The notes beneath the pieces are model-generated. The model saw nothing but the letters and a program-made list of their open reading frames with translations. It was not told where the DNA came from and made no database searches. A stretch of DNA of 63,173 nt, counting the filler. It is 6 parts of 6 records of this genome, joined end to end, with 100 filler letters (N's around TTAATTAATTAA, not from the genome) between each part and the next. Parts side by side here need not be neighbours in the genome. Positions count along the whole stretch, not along the records: positions 22,247 to 29,615 come from DRR378314_1074; positions 29,716 to 36,428 come from DRR378314_1075; 4 more parts are not named here. One strand, written 5' to 3'. Position numbers and translations under genes: made by a program. Below are positions 24,669 through 34,399 of the stretch, piece after piece. How positions within the stretch are numbered: the stretch's first letter is position 1; each line of letters starts with the position of its first letter.

Positions 24669-25865
24669 TCAACGCACGCCCAGCCCCATCTGCATCAGCA
24701 ATTTGCGCACCGGTGCCATTGCATAAAGCGCGTCCAGCCCGGCGGCCCGCAGATCCTGCGCCATCGGGCTGCTGGCCTGTGATACACGGTTCAGCAGGTC
24801 AATCCCGTTGATGCGCAGTTGCACATCGCGGTAGCGGGCATTGTGATAGGCCTCCAGCATGGCAGCATTGCCCAGGTCCTCGCGATGGGTTTCGGCAAGT
24901 TGCAGTAGGGTGGCGAGGTCTTGCAAGGACATGTTCAGCCCCTGCGCCCCGATGGGGGGCAGCACATGAGCGGCTTCGGCGATCAGGGCAATACGCTCGC
25001 CGGACAGGCGGTCCGCGTGCTGGCTGATGATCGGCCAGACGTTGCGCGGACTGGCAAGGCTAAGCGGGCCAAGGATATAGCAAGAGCGTTTGGTCATTGC
25101 CGCCTCAAAAGCGGGCACAGCCATCTCGGCACGTTCCAGCGTTTTAGCCCCGTCATCCATCCAGGCAATCGCAGAGGATGGCACACCGCCCTGATCCGGC
25201 AGGGGGACCAGTGTGAAAGGTCCGCCGCTGCGGTGGACTTCGGTCGAAACATGTTCATGCGGGATTGGGTGACTGACCGCAAAGGCCAGCGCCTTTTGCC
25301 CGTAGCGCTTTGTAGAGACCCCGATACCTGCCGCCTGGCGCATCGGGCTGTCGCGCCCGTCAGCAGCAATGACCAGACGGGTGGTGATGCGGCTGCCATC
25401 GGTCAGCCCCACCTTGGCGCTTGCGGTGCGGGTGAACAGGGAAGTGGTGCCGGTCCCCGGGCGGAAATCCACATTGCTTAGCAGTTTGAGCCGTTCCAGC
25501 AGCTCACGGCGCAACAGCCAGTTGGGGAAGTTCCAGCCGAAAGGTTGTTTGGAAATCTCGGCGGCGTTGAAATCGCGGATCACACGCGGTTCGGCCACAT
25601 CGCCGCCAGCGTCGATCACCCGCATGATCTGTAGCGGGGCAGCATGTGCGGCCAGCCTGTCCCAGACACCAGCGTTTTCCAGCACCGCGCGCGCCGGTTG
25701 CAGCATCGCGGTAGAGCGCATGTCCGCCCCCTGTGCGTCCCGTTCGGTGATAGGCGGGGCGGGGTCAACGCAGATGACGTCAAAACCAGCGGTGCCAAAG
25801 ACCGCCGCGGCGGTCAGACCAGCAATGCCGCCACCGGAAATCAGGATATCGCAATCATATGTCAT
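24669..25865 (-). CDS. UbiH/UbiF-family FAD-dependent hydroxylase
   Basis: GGGIAG, AADGRDS, EAAHVLPPIGAQGLNM. Confidence 0.9.
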   Translation of the reverse strand: MTYDCDILISGGGIAGLTAAAVFGTAGFDVICVDPAPPITERDAQGADMRSTAMLQPARAVLENAGVWDRLAAHAAPLQIMRVIDAGGDVAEPRVIRDFNAAEISKQPFGWNFPNWLLRRELLERLKLLSNVDFRPGTGTTSLFTRTASAKVGLTDGSRITTRLVIAADGRDSPMRQAAGIGVSTKRYGQKALAFAVSHPIPHEHVSTEVHRSGGPFTLVPLPDQGGVPSSAIAWMDDGAKTLERAEMAVPAFEAAMTKRSCYILGPLSLASPRNVWPIISQHADRLSGERIALIAEAAHVLPPIGAQGLNMSLQDLATLLQLAETHREDLGNAAMLEAYHNARYRDVQLRINGIDLLNRVSQASSPMAQDLRAAGLDALYAMAPVRKLLMQMGLGVR

Positions 25866-25874
25866 GGCAGCATT

Positions 25875-26537
25875 CTAACCTGTCAGGCGGCTAAGGAAGT
25901 GAGACAAATCGTCCGTGTGATACTCTATATGGGCGGCCGCAGCGTGATTGGCCTCTAGCGGGTCAGGTGCCACATGGACGGTGCGCATGCCCATGGCAAA
26001 AGGTGCGGCAAGGTTGCGCGGATCGTCCTCAAACATGGCGGCGCGGGCAGGCACCACACCGTCCAGCGCAAAAACACGCTCAAAGGCGGCGCGTTCCGGT
26101 TTCGGCAGAAACCCTGCATGCTCAACCCCATAGATGGCATCAAACAGCCCCGACAACCCGCGCGCGGCCAGCACCCGTTCGGCATAGGGGGCAGAGCCGT
26201 TGGTATAAACAATGCGCCGTCCGGGCAGGGCGCGGATCTGGTCGGCCAGAATGGGGTCGGGGATCAGACTGTCCATCGGGATATCATGGACATCAACCAG
26301 ATAGGGTTCGGGATCGACGTCATGTTCGCGCATGAGGCCGGCCAACGTGGTGCCATGGGTGCGCCAATAATGAACGCGCAGCCGGTCGGCTTCGGCTTTG
26401 TCGACCTTAAGAACCTCCATCACCCATGCGGTCATGCGCACCTCAATATGGTCAAACAGCCGCGCAGAAGGCGGGTAGAGCGTGTGATCAAGGTCAAAGA
26501 CCCAGGTATCAACATGAGAGAAAGCAAGACGTGGCAT
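25875..26537 (-). CDS. Pyrimidine 5'-nucleotidase (HAD family)
   Basis: WVFDLDHTLYP, HGTTLAGL, YTNG, KP, MFEDDPRNL; start chosen at MPRLAF. Confidence 0.9.
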   Translation of the reverse strand: MPRLAFSHVDTWVFDLDHTLYPPSARLFDHIEVRMTAWVMEVLKVDKAEADRLRVHYWRTHGTTLAGLMREHDVDPEPYLVDVHDIPMDSLIPDPILADQIRALPGRRIVYTNGSAPYAERVLAARGLSGLFDAIYGVEHAGFLPKPERAAFERVFALDGVVPARAAMFEDDPRNLAAPFAMGMRTVHVAPDPLEANHAAAAHIEYHTDDLSHFLSRLTG

Positions 26538-26635
26538 AGGGGCATCGTTAGGCGGTTCGCAAGGATCACGCAAGTCGGGTGGTTGCGCAAATGGCCGCGC
26601 TGGGTAGGATGCGCCAAGTTATAAGGAATCCCGCA

Positions 26636-27289
26636 ATGCCCGCGCCCAAAACCGGCTCAACCGATGCTTATTCTCTGATACTGGATGCGATTGACGGCGG
26701 CACCTATCGCCCCGGCGACCGTTTGGTTGAAAGCGAGCTGGCCGAGCGGTTTGAAGTTTCGCGCACACCGATCCGCGAGGCGCTGCAGCGGCTGGAAACC
26801 CAATCCCTGCTGGCCCGTGAAGGGCGCAGCCTGATTGTGGCATCGCTGGACCATAACCAGACAGCGGAACTATATGCGGTACGTGGCGAGCTGGAGGGGC
26901 TGGCCGCGCGACTGGCCGCGCGTCACGCAACACCCGAAGAGGTGCGCGTGCTGCGCGAGATGGTCGAAGCAGATGATGCCTTGATTGATCAGCCGCAGGC
27001 CCTGTCACGCAGCAACCGGCGGTTCCACAAACAGGTGCATCTGGCCTCGCATAACCGTTATCTGGTGCAGCAGCTGGATCTGGTTTACCGCTCCATGGCG
27101 TTGATGGCGACAACCTCGCTGGCGGCGGAAGGGCGCGGTGAGATTGCGCAGGCTGAACACGCCCGAATTGTTGAGATGATCGAAGCGCGGGACGAAGAGG
27201 GCGCAAGCGAGGCCTTGCGGGCCCATATTTCTGTGGCTTTTGTGACCCGGCTGAAACAGGTTGCCGAGCGGATAGAACGAGAGGGCTAA
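26636..27289 (+). CDS. GntR family regulator (FCD domain)
   Basis: PGDRLVESELAERFEVSRTPIREAL; NRRFH; start approximate. Confidence 0.92.
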   Translation: MPAPKTGSTDAYSLILDAIDGGTYRPGDRLVESELAERFEVSRTPIREALQRLETQSLLAREGRSLIVASLDHNQTAELYAVRGELEGLAARLAARHATPEEVRVLREMVEADDALIDQPQALSRSNRRFHKQVHLASHNRYLVQQLDLVYRSMALMATTSLAAEGRGEIAQAEHARIVEMIEARDEEGASEALRAHISVAFVTRLKQVAERIEREG

Positions 27290-29286
27290 ATACTGGCCTG
27301 TTTTCGGGCTTCCGTTGGTGGGGATGCCTGATAGCGTCTGCGAAACACCAGTTTAGGCGATGTGGCGCTTGTCGATGGCTTTTCCTCTGGCAGGATAGGC
27401 GTAGGTGTATCGTGCAAGGGGGTCACCCCATGTTGGGTCTTATCCCAGAAAAACGGGCTGACGATAAACTCATATAGGCCTTTGAACGCGGCCAGCGCCC
27501 CGAAAGGATAATAAAACGGTGTGGTGAATACCCACCACATCAGATGGCGGTGCGCCTTGCCCGAGACTGCCATCAACGACAGGCCAAGGTTTAACGTGGC
27601 CGAGAGGATGAACACCCCAACCATGGCCCAAAGTGCCGTATTGCCAAGGATTTGTTCAACCGGATGCGCCAGCCCAATAACGGCCAGCCAGAAGGACCAG
27701 AGCAGCGGCGCGCAGGTGAATTGCGCAACTGTGGCCAGCAACATGGTCTGTACGCCAATGAACCGCAGCCAGCCTAGATCCTGCATTAATTGTGCCGGAT
27801 CGCGCATATGCACACACCAGGTGACCAGAAACCCCTTAAGCCAGCGCGAACGCTGCCGCACCCAGGGCCACAACCGGCAGTTGGCCTCCTCATATGTGAC
27901 AGTGGGCAGCAGTTCGGTGACATATCCCGCCCGCGCCAGCCGCACCCCCAGATCCGCGTCTTCGGTGACGTTATGAGCGTCCCAACCGGCCAGCCTTTCC
28001 AATATGTTGCGGCGAAAAAACAATGTTGTGCCACCCAGCGGAATAACCAGTCCCAGTCGCGCAACCCCGGGCAGCAACACCCGCCACCATGCGGCGTATT
28101 CGATGGTAAAACACCGCGCCAACCAATTGGCACGTGGGTTATAGTAATCCAGTATCCCTTGCAGGCAGGCGACATTATCCGGTGCCTGATGAAAGCGGCT
28201 GACCACCCGTTCCAGCTGATCCGGTTCCGGCGCGTCTTCAGCATCCCAAACGCCGATGATGCTGCCCTTGCAGAAATCCAGCGCATAGTTCAGCGCGCGC
28301 GGTTTGGTGGTCAACCCACCCCGCGCGGGAACGGCAATCACGCTGATCCAGGAGGGCAGGACCGTGCGGGCAAGGGTTTGCTTGGTGGTTGTGTCGGTTT
28401 CTTCCAATACCAGCACCACATCCAGTAACGATTTCGGATAGGTAAGCCTTGTCAACCGCGCCACCAATGCGCTGGCGATCTCTTTCTCTTTCAGAAGCGG
28501 CACCATGATCGACACCCTTGGCAAGCGATAGGGCAGGATCGTTTTTGCGATGAAGGGCAGCGGGGATTCAGCGGTTTTTGCTATGATCTGAGACCAAAGG
28601 GCGGCGGCCTTGAGCGCTGTCGTCATCAGCAGGGTGATGAAAGCCAATAGTGTAAGCGCGGTGAGTGTGCCCATCGGCGCGATGATCAGGGCGCACAGCA
28701 GCGCAATGGCGGCGGCGATGGCCCAAAGCAGCCGGCGACGTCCCGCTGCCCCCCAACCACGACAACTGATGGCCGCAGGCACGCGATTGGCGGCCCTATG
28801 GGCCAGCTCACCCCCGTAGCTGCGGGTGATTTCGTCCTGAATTTGCTGTTCACTGGCCACCACAGGCAGGATCGCCGGAGCGCGGTCCCCCAAGGCGCGG
28901 CGTAGGGTCGCAAAGCGGTGCGGCTGGCTGGTGGCGACGATCAGGGTTCCCCCCATATCCAGCCAGGCAATGGCACGATATTCAAGGCAAAGACTTGCGG
29001 GCAGGCGATGCCCAAGCCCCTGCTGTGGGGGATCGTCGCGCAGATCGACGAATTGCGTGTTGTGCTGGCGGGCCAGCGCTTCCAGCACATCCTGCGGATT
29101 CGCCAGCCCCTCCGACATGAGGATTTCACCCAAGGGCGCATCCACATGGTTTTGTAAATCCAGCGCGTGTATCAGGTCACTTTTCCCGATGGCACCCGCC
29201 TCGATCAGATGCCGCCCCAAGGGCATCGAGGGACGGGCCGGACGGGCCGCTTGCGGGTCGCTGAGATGCAGCCGCAGATTGCTCAT
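27286..29286 (-). CDS. Membrane GT2 glycosyltransferase with N-terminal MshEN-like domain
   Basis: TKPRALNYA, DAED, TEDADLG, RQRSRW (QxxRW), several TM helices; two xLGxxLxxxG..L..Q repeats at the N-terminus. Confidence 0.88.
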   Translation of the reverse strand: MSNLRLHLSDPQAARPARPSMPLGRHLIEAGAIGKSDLIHALDLQNHVDAPLGEILMSEGLANPQDVLEALARQHNTQFVDLRDDPPQQGLGHRLPASLCLEYRAIAWLDMGGTLIVATSQPHRFATLRRALGDRAPAILPVVASEQQIQDEITRSYGGELAHRAANRVPAAISCRGWGAAGRRRLLWAIAAAIALLCALIIAPMGTLTALTLLAFITLLMTTALKAAALWSQIIAKTAESPLPFIAKTILPYRLPRVSIMVPLLKEKEIASALVARLTRLTYPKSLLDVVLVLEETDTTTKQTLARTVLPSWISVIAVPARGGLTTKPRALNYALDFCKGSIIGVWDAEDAPEPDQLERVVSRFHQAPDNVACLQGILDYYNPRANWLARCFTIEYAAWWRVLLPGVARLGLVIPLGGTTLFFRRNILERLAGWDAHNVTEDADLGVRLARAGYVTELLPTVTYEEANCRLWPWVRQRSRWLKGFLVTWCVHMRDPAQLMQDLGWLRFIGVQTMLLATVAQFTCAPLLWSFWLAVIGLAHPVEQILGNTALWAMVGVFILSATLNLGLSLMAVSGKAHRHLMWWVFTTPFYYPFGALAAFKGLYEFIVSPFFWDKTQHGVTPLHDTPTPILPEEKPSTSATSPKLVFRRRYQASPPTEARKQASI

Positions 29287-29368
29287 CAAGACACCTCACG
29301 TTTGGAACGTCAGGACCTTGGCAGTGTTCCATTAACGACGCGTTAACGGCGTTTTGAGCGTCTTTGAG

Positions 29369-29615
29369 CTAGGCAGGTTCGACCGCGGATTTCTTGTCCT
29401 GCATGGCCGCGGCGAAGCGTTCGAACAGGTAATAGCTGTCTTGCGGACCGGGAGAAGCCTCTGGGTGGTGCTGGACGGACCAGACCGGGCGGCCTTCCAT
29501 GCGAATGCCGCAGTTGGACCCGTCAAACAGCGAAACATGGGTTTCCACCACACCTTTGGGAAGGGTCTGGGCATCAACCGCAAAACCGTGGTTCATCGAG
29601 GTGATCTCGACCTTG
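29369..29615 (-). CDS. carA: Carbamoyl-phosphate synthase small subunit, 3' fragment
   Basis: [28 protein letters not shown]. Confidence 0.95.
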
Positions 29616-29715
29616 NNNNNNNNNNNNNNNNNNNNNNNNNNNNNNNNNNNNNNNNNNNNTTAATTAATTAANNNNNNNNNNNNNNNNNNNNNNNNNNNNN
29701 NNNNNNNNNNNNNNN
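29616..29715. other. Artificial contig spacer
   Basis: N-TTAATTAATTAA-N, 100 bp. Confidence 0.99.
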
Positions 29716-30451
29716 CATGATTTCCTTTAAAGGCGCGCAATATCCCAAGGCTGTAATCCTGTTCGCAGTGTTCTTCTACATCCGATACGGTGTCTCATAT
29801 CGTGATCTTGAAGAAATCATGGCAGAGCGCGGGGTTTCAGTCGACCACACCACGCTGAACCGGTGGGTCACACGATATTGCGGCGCTTTTGCTGATGCAG
29901 CGCGCAGACGCAAAGCGCCATGCGACCGCTCCTGGCGAATGGATGAGACTTACATAAAAGTGAAAGGCAGTTGGGTCTATCTCTACCGAGCCGTCGACAA
30001 ATACGGCAAGACACTTGATTTCATGCTGTCCCAGCGGCGCAACAAACCAGCCGCAACGAAGTTCTTCGCCCGGATGCTAGAGGTCAATGGTTTACCAAGG
30101 AAGATTGTCATCGACAAAAGTGGCGCAAATACAGCTGGCATCAAAGCCATTAACAGAATGCTCAAAAGCTTTGGCTGTCCGGTTCCGATCGAGATAGTCA
30201 GGCGCAAATACCTCAATAATATAGTGGAACAAGACCATCGCTTCATCAAAAGGCGAACCCGTCTGATGCTCGGCTTCAAATCCTTTATCTCGGCCACGGC
30301 AACTCTTGCAGGTATCGAGGTGGCGCACATGATCCGCAAGGGCCAATTCACGCCCGGACTCTGTCCATTCAAACAATTCGCGGAGCTGGCCGCCTAGCTC
30401 CGATCCGATCGTTGAAACAGCTCGTCGTGCTCAAAACTTTGCAACAGAACC
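29716..30451 (+). mobile_element. IS6-family insertion sequence (left end cut by the contig start)
   Basis: Transposase followed by the right IR AAAACTTTGCAACAGAACC (30433-30451), the reverse complement of the IS6-type GGTTCTGTTGCAAAGTTTT. Confidence 0.93.
29717..30397 (+). CDS. IS6-family DDE transposase
   Basis: SYRDLEEIMAERGV.VDH, WRMDETYIKVKG, IDKSG, LNNIVEQDHRFIKR; 226 aa, intact. Confidence 0.96.
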   Translation: MISFKGAQYPKAVILFAVFFYIRYGVSYRDLEEIMAERGVSVDHTTLNRWVTRYCGAFADAARRRKAPCDRSWRMDETYIKVKGSWVYLYRAVDKYGKTLDFMLSQRRNKPAATKFFARMLEVNGLPRKIVIDKSGANTAGIKAINRMLKSFGCPVPIEIVRRKYLNNIVEQDHRFIKRRTRLMLGFKSFISATATLAGIEVAHMIRKGQFTPGLCPFKQFAELAA

Positions 30452-30459
30452 CCTTGCTG

Positions 30460-30648
30460 GGTTGTGTCGCAAACTTTCTTGGAGCCTTCAAAACTTGGGC
30501 AATTATTCCATTGGCTTTCAGTCTAACGCCAAGCGCTGGCTGAATTTGGGCGCTAATAGACCGAGAACCACGAAGGTCATCCCCATTTTACCCATTCACA
30601 AGATGAGCATAGGAACAATATCCCACGCAAAAACTTTGCGACACAACC
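30460..30648. mobile_element. Non-autonomous 189-bp MITE with IS6-type terminal inverted repeats
   Basis: Perfect 14-bp TIRs GGTTGTGTCGCAAA (30460-30473) and TTTGCGACACAACC (30635-30648); no transposase inside. Confidence 0.78.
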
Positions 30649-30719
30649 GTATTCACTCCATGGCCCGCTCCACTTTTTACTTATCCCGAGTTTGAAGCGC
30701 GGCAAAAGTATGCTGAGCC

Positions 30720-31802
30720 TTATTCCTGGTACGTTTCACACTCGCATTCGACTGGGTCGAGTATCGGCACAGACGCCGTGTGGCGCTTCACTTCGTGTGC
30801 GCGAAAATCAGAAGGTGTTTGACCGGTCCATTTCTTGAATGCCCGTGTCATGGCGGTTGCGTCAGAGTACCCTAGCTGATCAGCGATATCGCCGACTGAC
30901 GTCGCAGACCCGGAAAGCAGGTGTTTGGCACGGTCGCATTTGGCTTCGATGACTATGCGCGAAAGAGATGTCCCATAAGCCGCAAGTCGGCGATTGAGAA
31001 CAGCACCACGAGCACCGCATGCTCTAGCAAGCGTCGTAACTGAAAAGTCACTTCGCCCTACCATCGAGTTGGCAACGCTCTGGATCGAACTCAGTAAGTC
31101 TGTCGGTACTGGATTTTTGGCGTCCTGACCTGCCGGAATGCCCTCGGCGGCGGTTCGGTTAACCAAATCGTGCAGAAGCCAGGCACTTGGGAACCGGATG
31201 GAATACCCGTCTGGGCCCGCACCGACTGCCCTGATACCGTAGAAGTATGATGGGAACAGATCAGGACGGTTCACCCGAACAAGGACCCTGTTTGCTTCCC
31301 AATTCTGACCAGCGGTTTCATGTAGTAACGTGGCCCACCGGCTGATCTGGAACGCATCCATATAGGCAGGAGAGCAGCGCGGCGTGAACCTGCGTTTAGC
31401 AGAAAGCACGGCGTAATCTCCGGATACATCGAGTGTCATCGTGACCGCATTTGTGTTGCTTCCCGCATGAACGCAGAACTTGCCGATGAAATCAGCCAGG
31501 GAATTGGCGGTCCGAAAGGCTTGCCCGAATGGGGATGAAACGGTCGGATCTGAAGTCTGGCCAACAAGTGCGGGAAAATCTGGTGATGTGTTTTGCGCGA
31601 CCGCTTCGAACACGGCGTAGATCGTATCGTGTGGAATGAAGCAATTTGGTGCGCTTAACTCTGAAAACGAAAGATCGAAACCCGCAAGGAGATCTTCTAC
31701 GGATCGACCGGATTCCCGATAAGCGACCAACAGCGGTAAGAGAACCCGCCCGCGCGCAAGTGGCGGTGTCCTGTGCTGAGCGTTCCCGTCCTGGCCCGTC
31801 AT
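30720..31802 (-). CDS. AraC family transcriptional regulator
   Basis: C-terminal double HTH (SVGDIADQLGYSDATAMTRAFKKWTGQTPSDFR); start taken at MTGQDG. Confidence 0.9.
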   Translation of the reverse strand: MTGQDGNAQHRTPPLARGRVLLPLLVAYRESGRSVEDLLAGFDLSFSELSAPNCFIPHDTIYAVFEAVAQNTSPDFPALVGQTSDPTVSSPFGQAFRTANSLADFIGKFCVHAGSNTNAVTMTLDVSGDYAVLSAKRRFTPRCSPAYMDAFQISRWATLLHETAGQNWEANRVLVRVNRPDLFPSYFYGIRAVGAGPDGYSIRFPSAWLLHDLVNRTAAEGIPAGQDAKNPVPTDLLSSIQSVANSMVGRSDFSVTTLARACGARGAVLNRRLAAYGTSLSRIVIEAKCDRAKHLLSGSATSVGDIADQLGYSDATAMTRAFKKWTGQTPSDFRAHEVKRHTASVPILDPVECECETYQE

Positions 31803-32273
31803 CCTACATCCTACACGTACTACAATGAAAATTTTGAGCACTCCAAACATAGTCCGGCGCAGCTCGGTGTCCCTGACCTGTGTCAAAGCCAAACACACTT
31901 TTTGAAGAAATAAGTCAGTTCCCGCTGGATGGGGCATGCGCGAGTTAAATCTCACCACCCGATGATTGCAGTTTAAGAACTTGATATTCTGACAGGAATT
32001 ATCGGTCAGCCGCATGACCGCAAAGAAGAAGAGTTTCTGACAGACTGGTTAGAGCGTTTTCGCACCCTGTCATTTTGAACCAGTTTTCCGACGCGGTTGT
32101 TCCAATCTGTCAGGGCATACATTCGAGTTCTGTGTTTTGTTGAAAAGCAATGACCACGGTTCCAATAGTAGAATTTCTGCACACCGCAAAGTGAGAGGCG
32201 TGAGTATGCGCGCCTGATCAGGTGCCGGGGCCATCAAGCAATGCATTTTTATAGTTGGTTAGTGGAGAGGCAA

Positions 32274-33332
32274 ATGATCAATCACACGCACAAAAGCTGG
32301 AAGCTGGCGGCCTTGGCTGCAGCGTTAGGCAGCTCCGCGACGGCTCAGAGCTTTGATACCACAGTCGATGCACTTGCCGAGACATACGAGGTGCCGGTCA
32401 CAATAAGTAACTTTGTTCGGGCTGCGACTGATAACGAATTGAAAACGTATGACAGATTGGCCGGAGGCGTAAACCAGTTCTTCCACTTCAAAGAACCCAC
32501 GCCAATCGACAATCAGCCCACTATCCGGATGAACCGGGACACGCTCTATAGCGTTGCGGTTATCGACATCAGCAAAGGCGCAACCTTGACACTGCCCGAT
32601 GTGGGCGACCGGTACATGACGACGATGGTGGTCAATCAGAACCATTTCATCAATGAAGTGTTTGACGGTGGTGGTGTGTTTCAGCTCGACATGGACACAT
32701 TCGACACCCCCTACGTACTTGTATTTATGAGAATACTGGTGGATGCCGAGAGTCCGGAGGACATTGCGGCAGTCAACACAATTCAGGACGGGTTCACTAT
32801 CGAAGCTGCCTCGGCAACGCCCTTTGAGATGCCCAATTATGACACCGAAAGCTTCGCGGCCGTGCGTCAGGCCGCGATTGAGTTGGGCAGGTTCGCCACG
32901 GATAGCGTTCGGACCTTTGGCACGGCAGAACACGTCGACCCGTTGCGCCATTTCCTGGGCACCGCAGTCGGCTTTGGAGGTCTACCGGAAGAGGAAGCCT
33001 TCTATCTCAATATCGAGCCCGGCCTGCCGCTCGGCGAATACAGTATCCAGGTGCCGGCGGATGTGCCCGTAAACGCATTCTGGTCCGTGAGCCTGTACAA
33101 TGCAGACGGATTCTTTGAACTCAATTCCCTTGACGCCTACGTGATCAATTCGGTTTCGGGCACCAGGAATGACGACGGCAGCGTGACCGTGCATTTCGGT
33201 GGCTGCGACGACGGTCGCGCCAACTGCCTTCCGATCATGGATGGCTGGAACTATGCGGTACGCCTTTATCAGCCCGGCCCCGACGTAATCGACGGAAACT
33301 GGGCCTTCCCGACCGTGCAACCCGTGAACTGA
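32274..33332 (+). CDS. Secreted DUF1254/DUF1214 protein (paralogue A)
   Basis: Signal peptide; IRMNRDTLYS, AFWSVSLYN, DGSVTVHFGGC..NCLPI..GWNYAVRLY; GGAG RBS. Confidence 0.85.
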   Translation: MINHTHKSWKLAALAAALGSSATAQSFDTTVDALAETYEVPVTISNFVRAATDNELKTYDRLAGGVNQFFHFKEPTPIDNQPTIRMNRDTLYSVAVIDISKGATLTLPDVGDRYMTTMVVNQNHFINEVFDGGGVFQLDMDTFDTPYVLVFMRILVDAESPEDIAAVNTIQDGFTIEAASATPFEMPNYDTESFAAVRQAAIELGRFATDSVRTFGTAEHVDPLRHFLGTAVGFGGLPEEEAFYLNIEPGLPLGEYSIQVPADVPVNAFWSVSLYNADGFFELNSLDAYVINSVSGTRNDDGSVTVHFGGCDDGRANCLPIMDGWNYAVRLYQPGPDVIDGNWAFPTVQPVN

Positions 33333-33348
33333 AAAACAGGAAGCTGAG

Positions 33349-34359
33349 ATGAAGATTCTTTTTCTGACAGTCGCTCTTACACTCCCGACAGGGGTCTGGG
33401 CTGAGGATGTTGTCGATGTGAACGTGGACAATCTCGTGCGCGCTGAAACGGACCATATGTTCCGCACCAACATGAATAATCTCGGCTTGGCCGTTGGCGA
33501 GTTAGGGCATATGCGCGAAGCCACCACACCTGACAATCAGCCAGTGATCCGCATGAACCAGGACACGCTCTATTCCGCCGTTCTATTGGATTTGAGCGAA
33601 CCAGTCGAAGTGACGCTTCCCGAGGCGGATGGCCGTTACATCTCGATGCATGTCATCAACCAGGATCATTTCATGTACGCCGAGGCAACGCCCGGCACGT
33701 ACCTGATCACCAAAGAAGACCTTGGTACGCCATTCGGTTTCATCGCCTTCCGCACGTTTGTAGACGTAACCGACCCAGATGACATCGCCGCGGCACGGGC
33801 GGCGCAGGATCAAATTGCCGTCAGTGGCGGTGGAACTGGTCCGTTTGATGCGCCCAACTGGAATACCGAACAACTCGCCGTAGCGCGTCAAGCAATCAGC
33901 GACCTGTCTCTGCTGGGCATCGATACGTCGCGTGCCTTTGGCAAAACCAAGGCGGACGTTGACCCGGTTCAGTTTCTGGTTGGGGCGCTTTCGGGTTGGG
34001 GCGGTCTGCCCCCTGAGGCAGCAATTTACCTGCTAAGCGCGGTCGATAAGAACGACGGAGAAACACCACACGCGGTTACAGTTAAGGATGTCCCGGTTCG
34101 AGCGTTCTGGTCGGTGACCGTCTATAATGGCGAGGGTTTCCTGGCTTCCAATGATCTGGGTGTTAACAGCTACAACGGCTACACGGCCGAAGCTGCGGAT
34201 GACGGATCAGTTACGCTCCATTTCGGTGGGTGCGAGGACGGCCGCGTGAACTGCCTTCCGATCACTCCGGGGTGGAACTACGCCGTCCGTCTTTACGAGC
34301 CAGAGGATGCAATCCTGAGCGGTAGGTGGTCGTTCCCGACGGTGGAACCGATCAACTAG
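33349..34359 (+). CDS. Secreted DUF1254/DUF1214 protein (paralogue B)
   Basis: Signal peptide MKILFLTVALTLPTGVWA; IRMNQDTLYS, AFWSVTVYN, GWNYAVRLY. Confidence 0.85.
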   Translation: MKILFLTVALTLPTGVWAEDVVDVNVDNLVRAETDHMFRTNMNNLGLAVGELGHMREATTPDNQPVIRMNQDTLYSAVLLDLSEPVEVTLPEADGRYISMHVINQDHFMYAEATPGTYLITKEDLGTPFGFIAFRTFVDVTDPDDIAAARAAQDQIAVSGGGTGPFDAPNWNTEQLAVARQAISDLSLLGIDTSRAFGKTKADVDPVQFLVGALSGWGGLPPEAAIYLLSAVDKNDGETPHAVTVKDVPVRAFWSVTVYNGEGFLASNDLGVNSYNGYTAEAADDGSVTLHFGGCEDGRVNCLPITPGWNYAVRLYEPEDAILSGRWSFPTVEPIN

Positions 34360-34399
34360 GCCACTCGCCCGTCCCGCCCTTCAAAAGGAGTACACGGCC

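Noticed and set aside
22855..24672. 605-aa minus-strand ORF
   Set aside because: Antisense shadow of the Lrp and aminotransferase genes in GC-rich DNA; no motifs.
30462..30695. 77-aa ORF over the MITE
   Set aside because: It starts inside one TIR, runs past the other, has no RBS and no motif.
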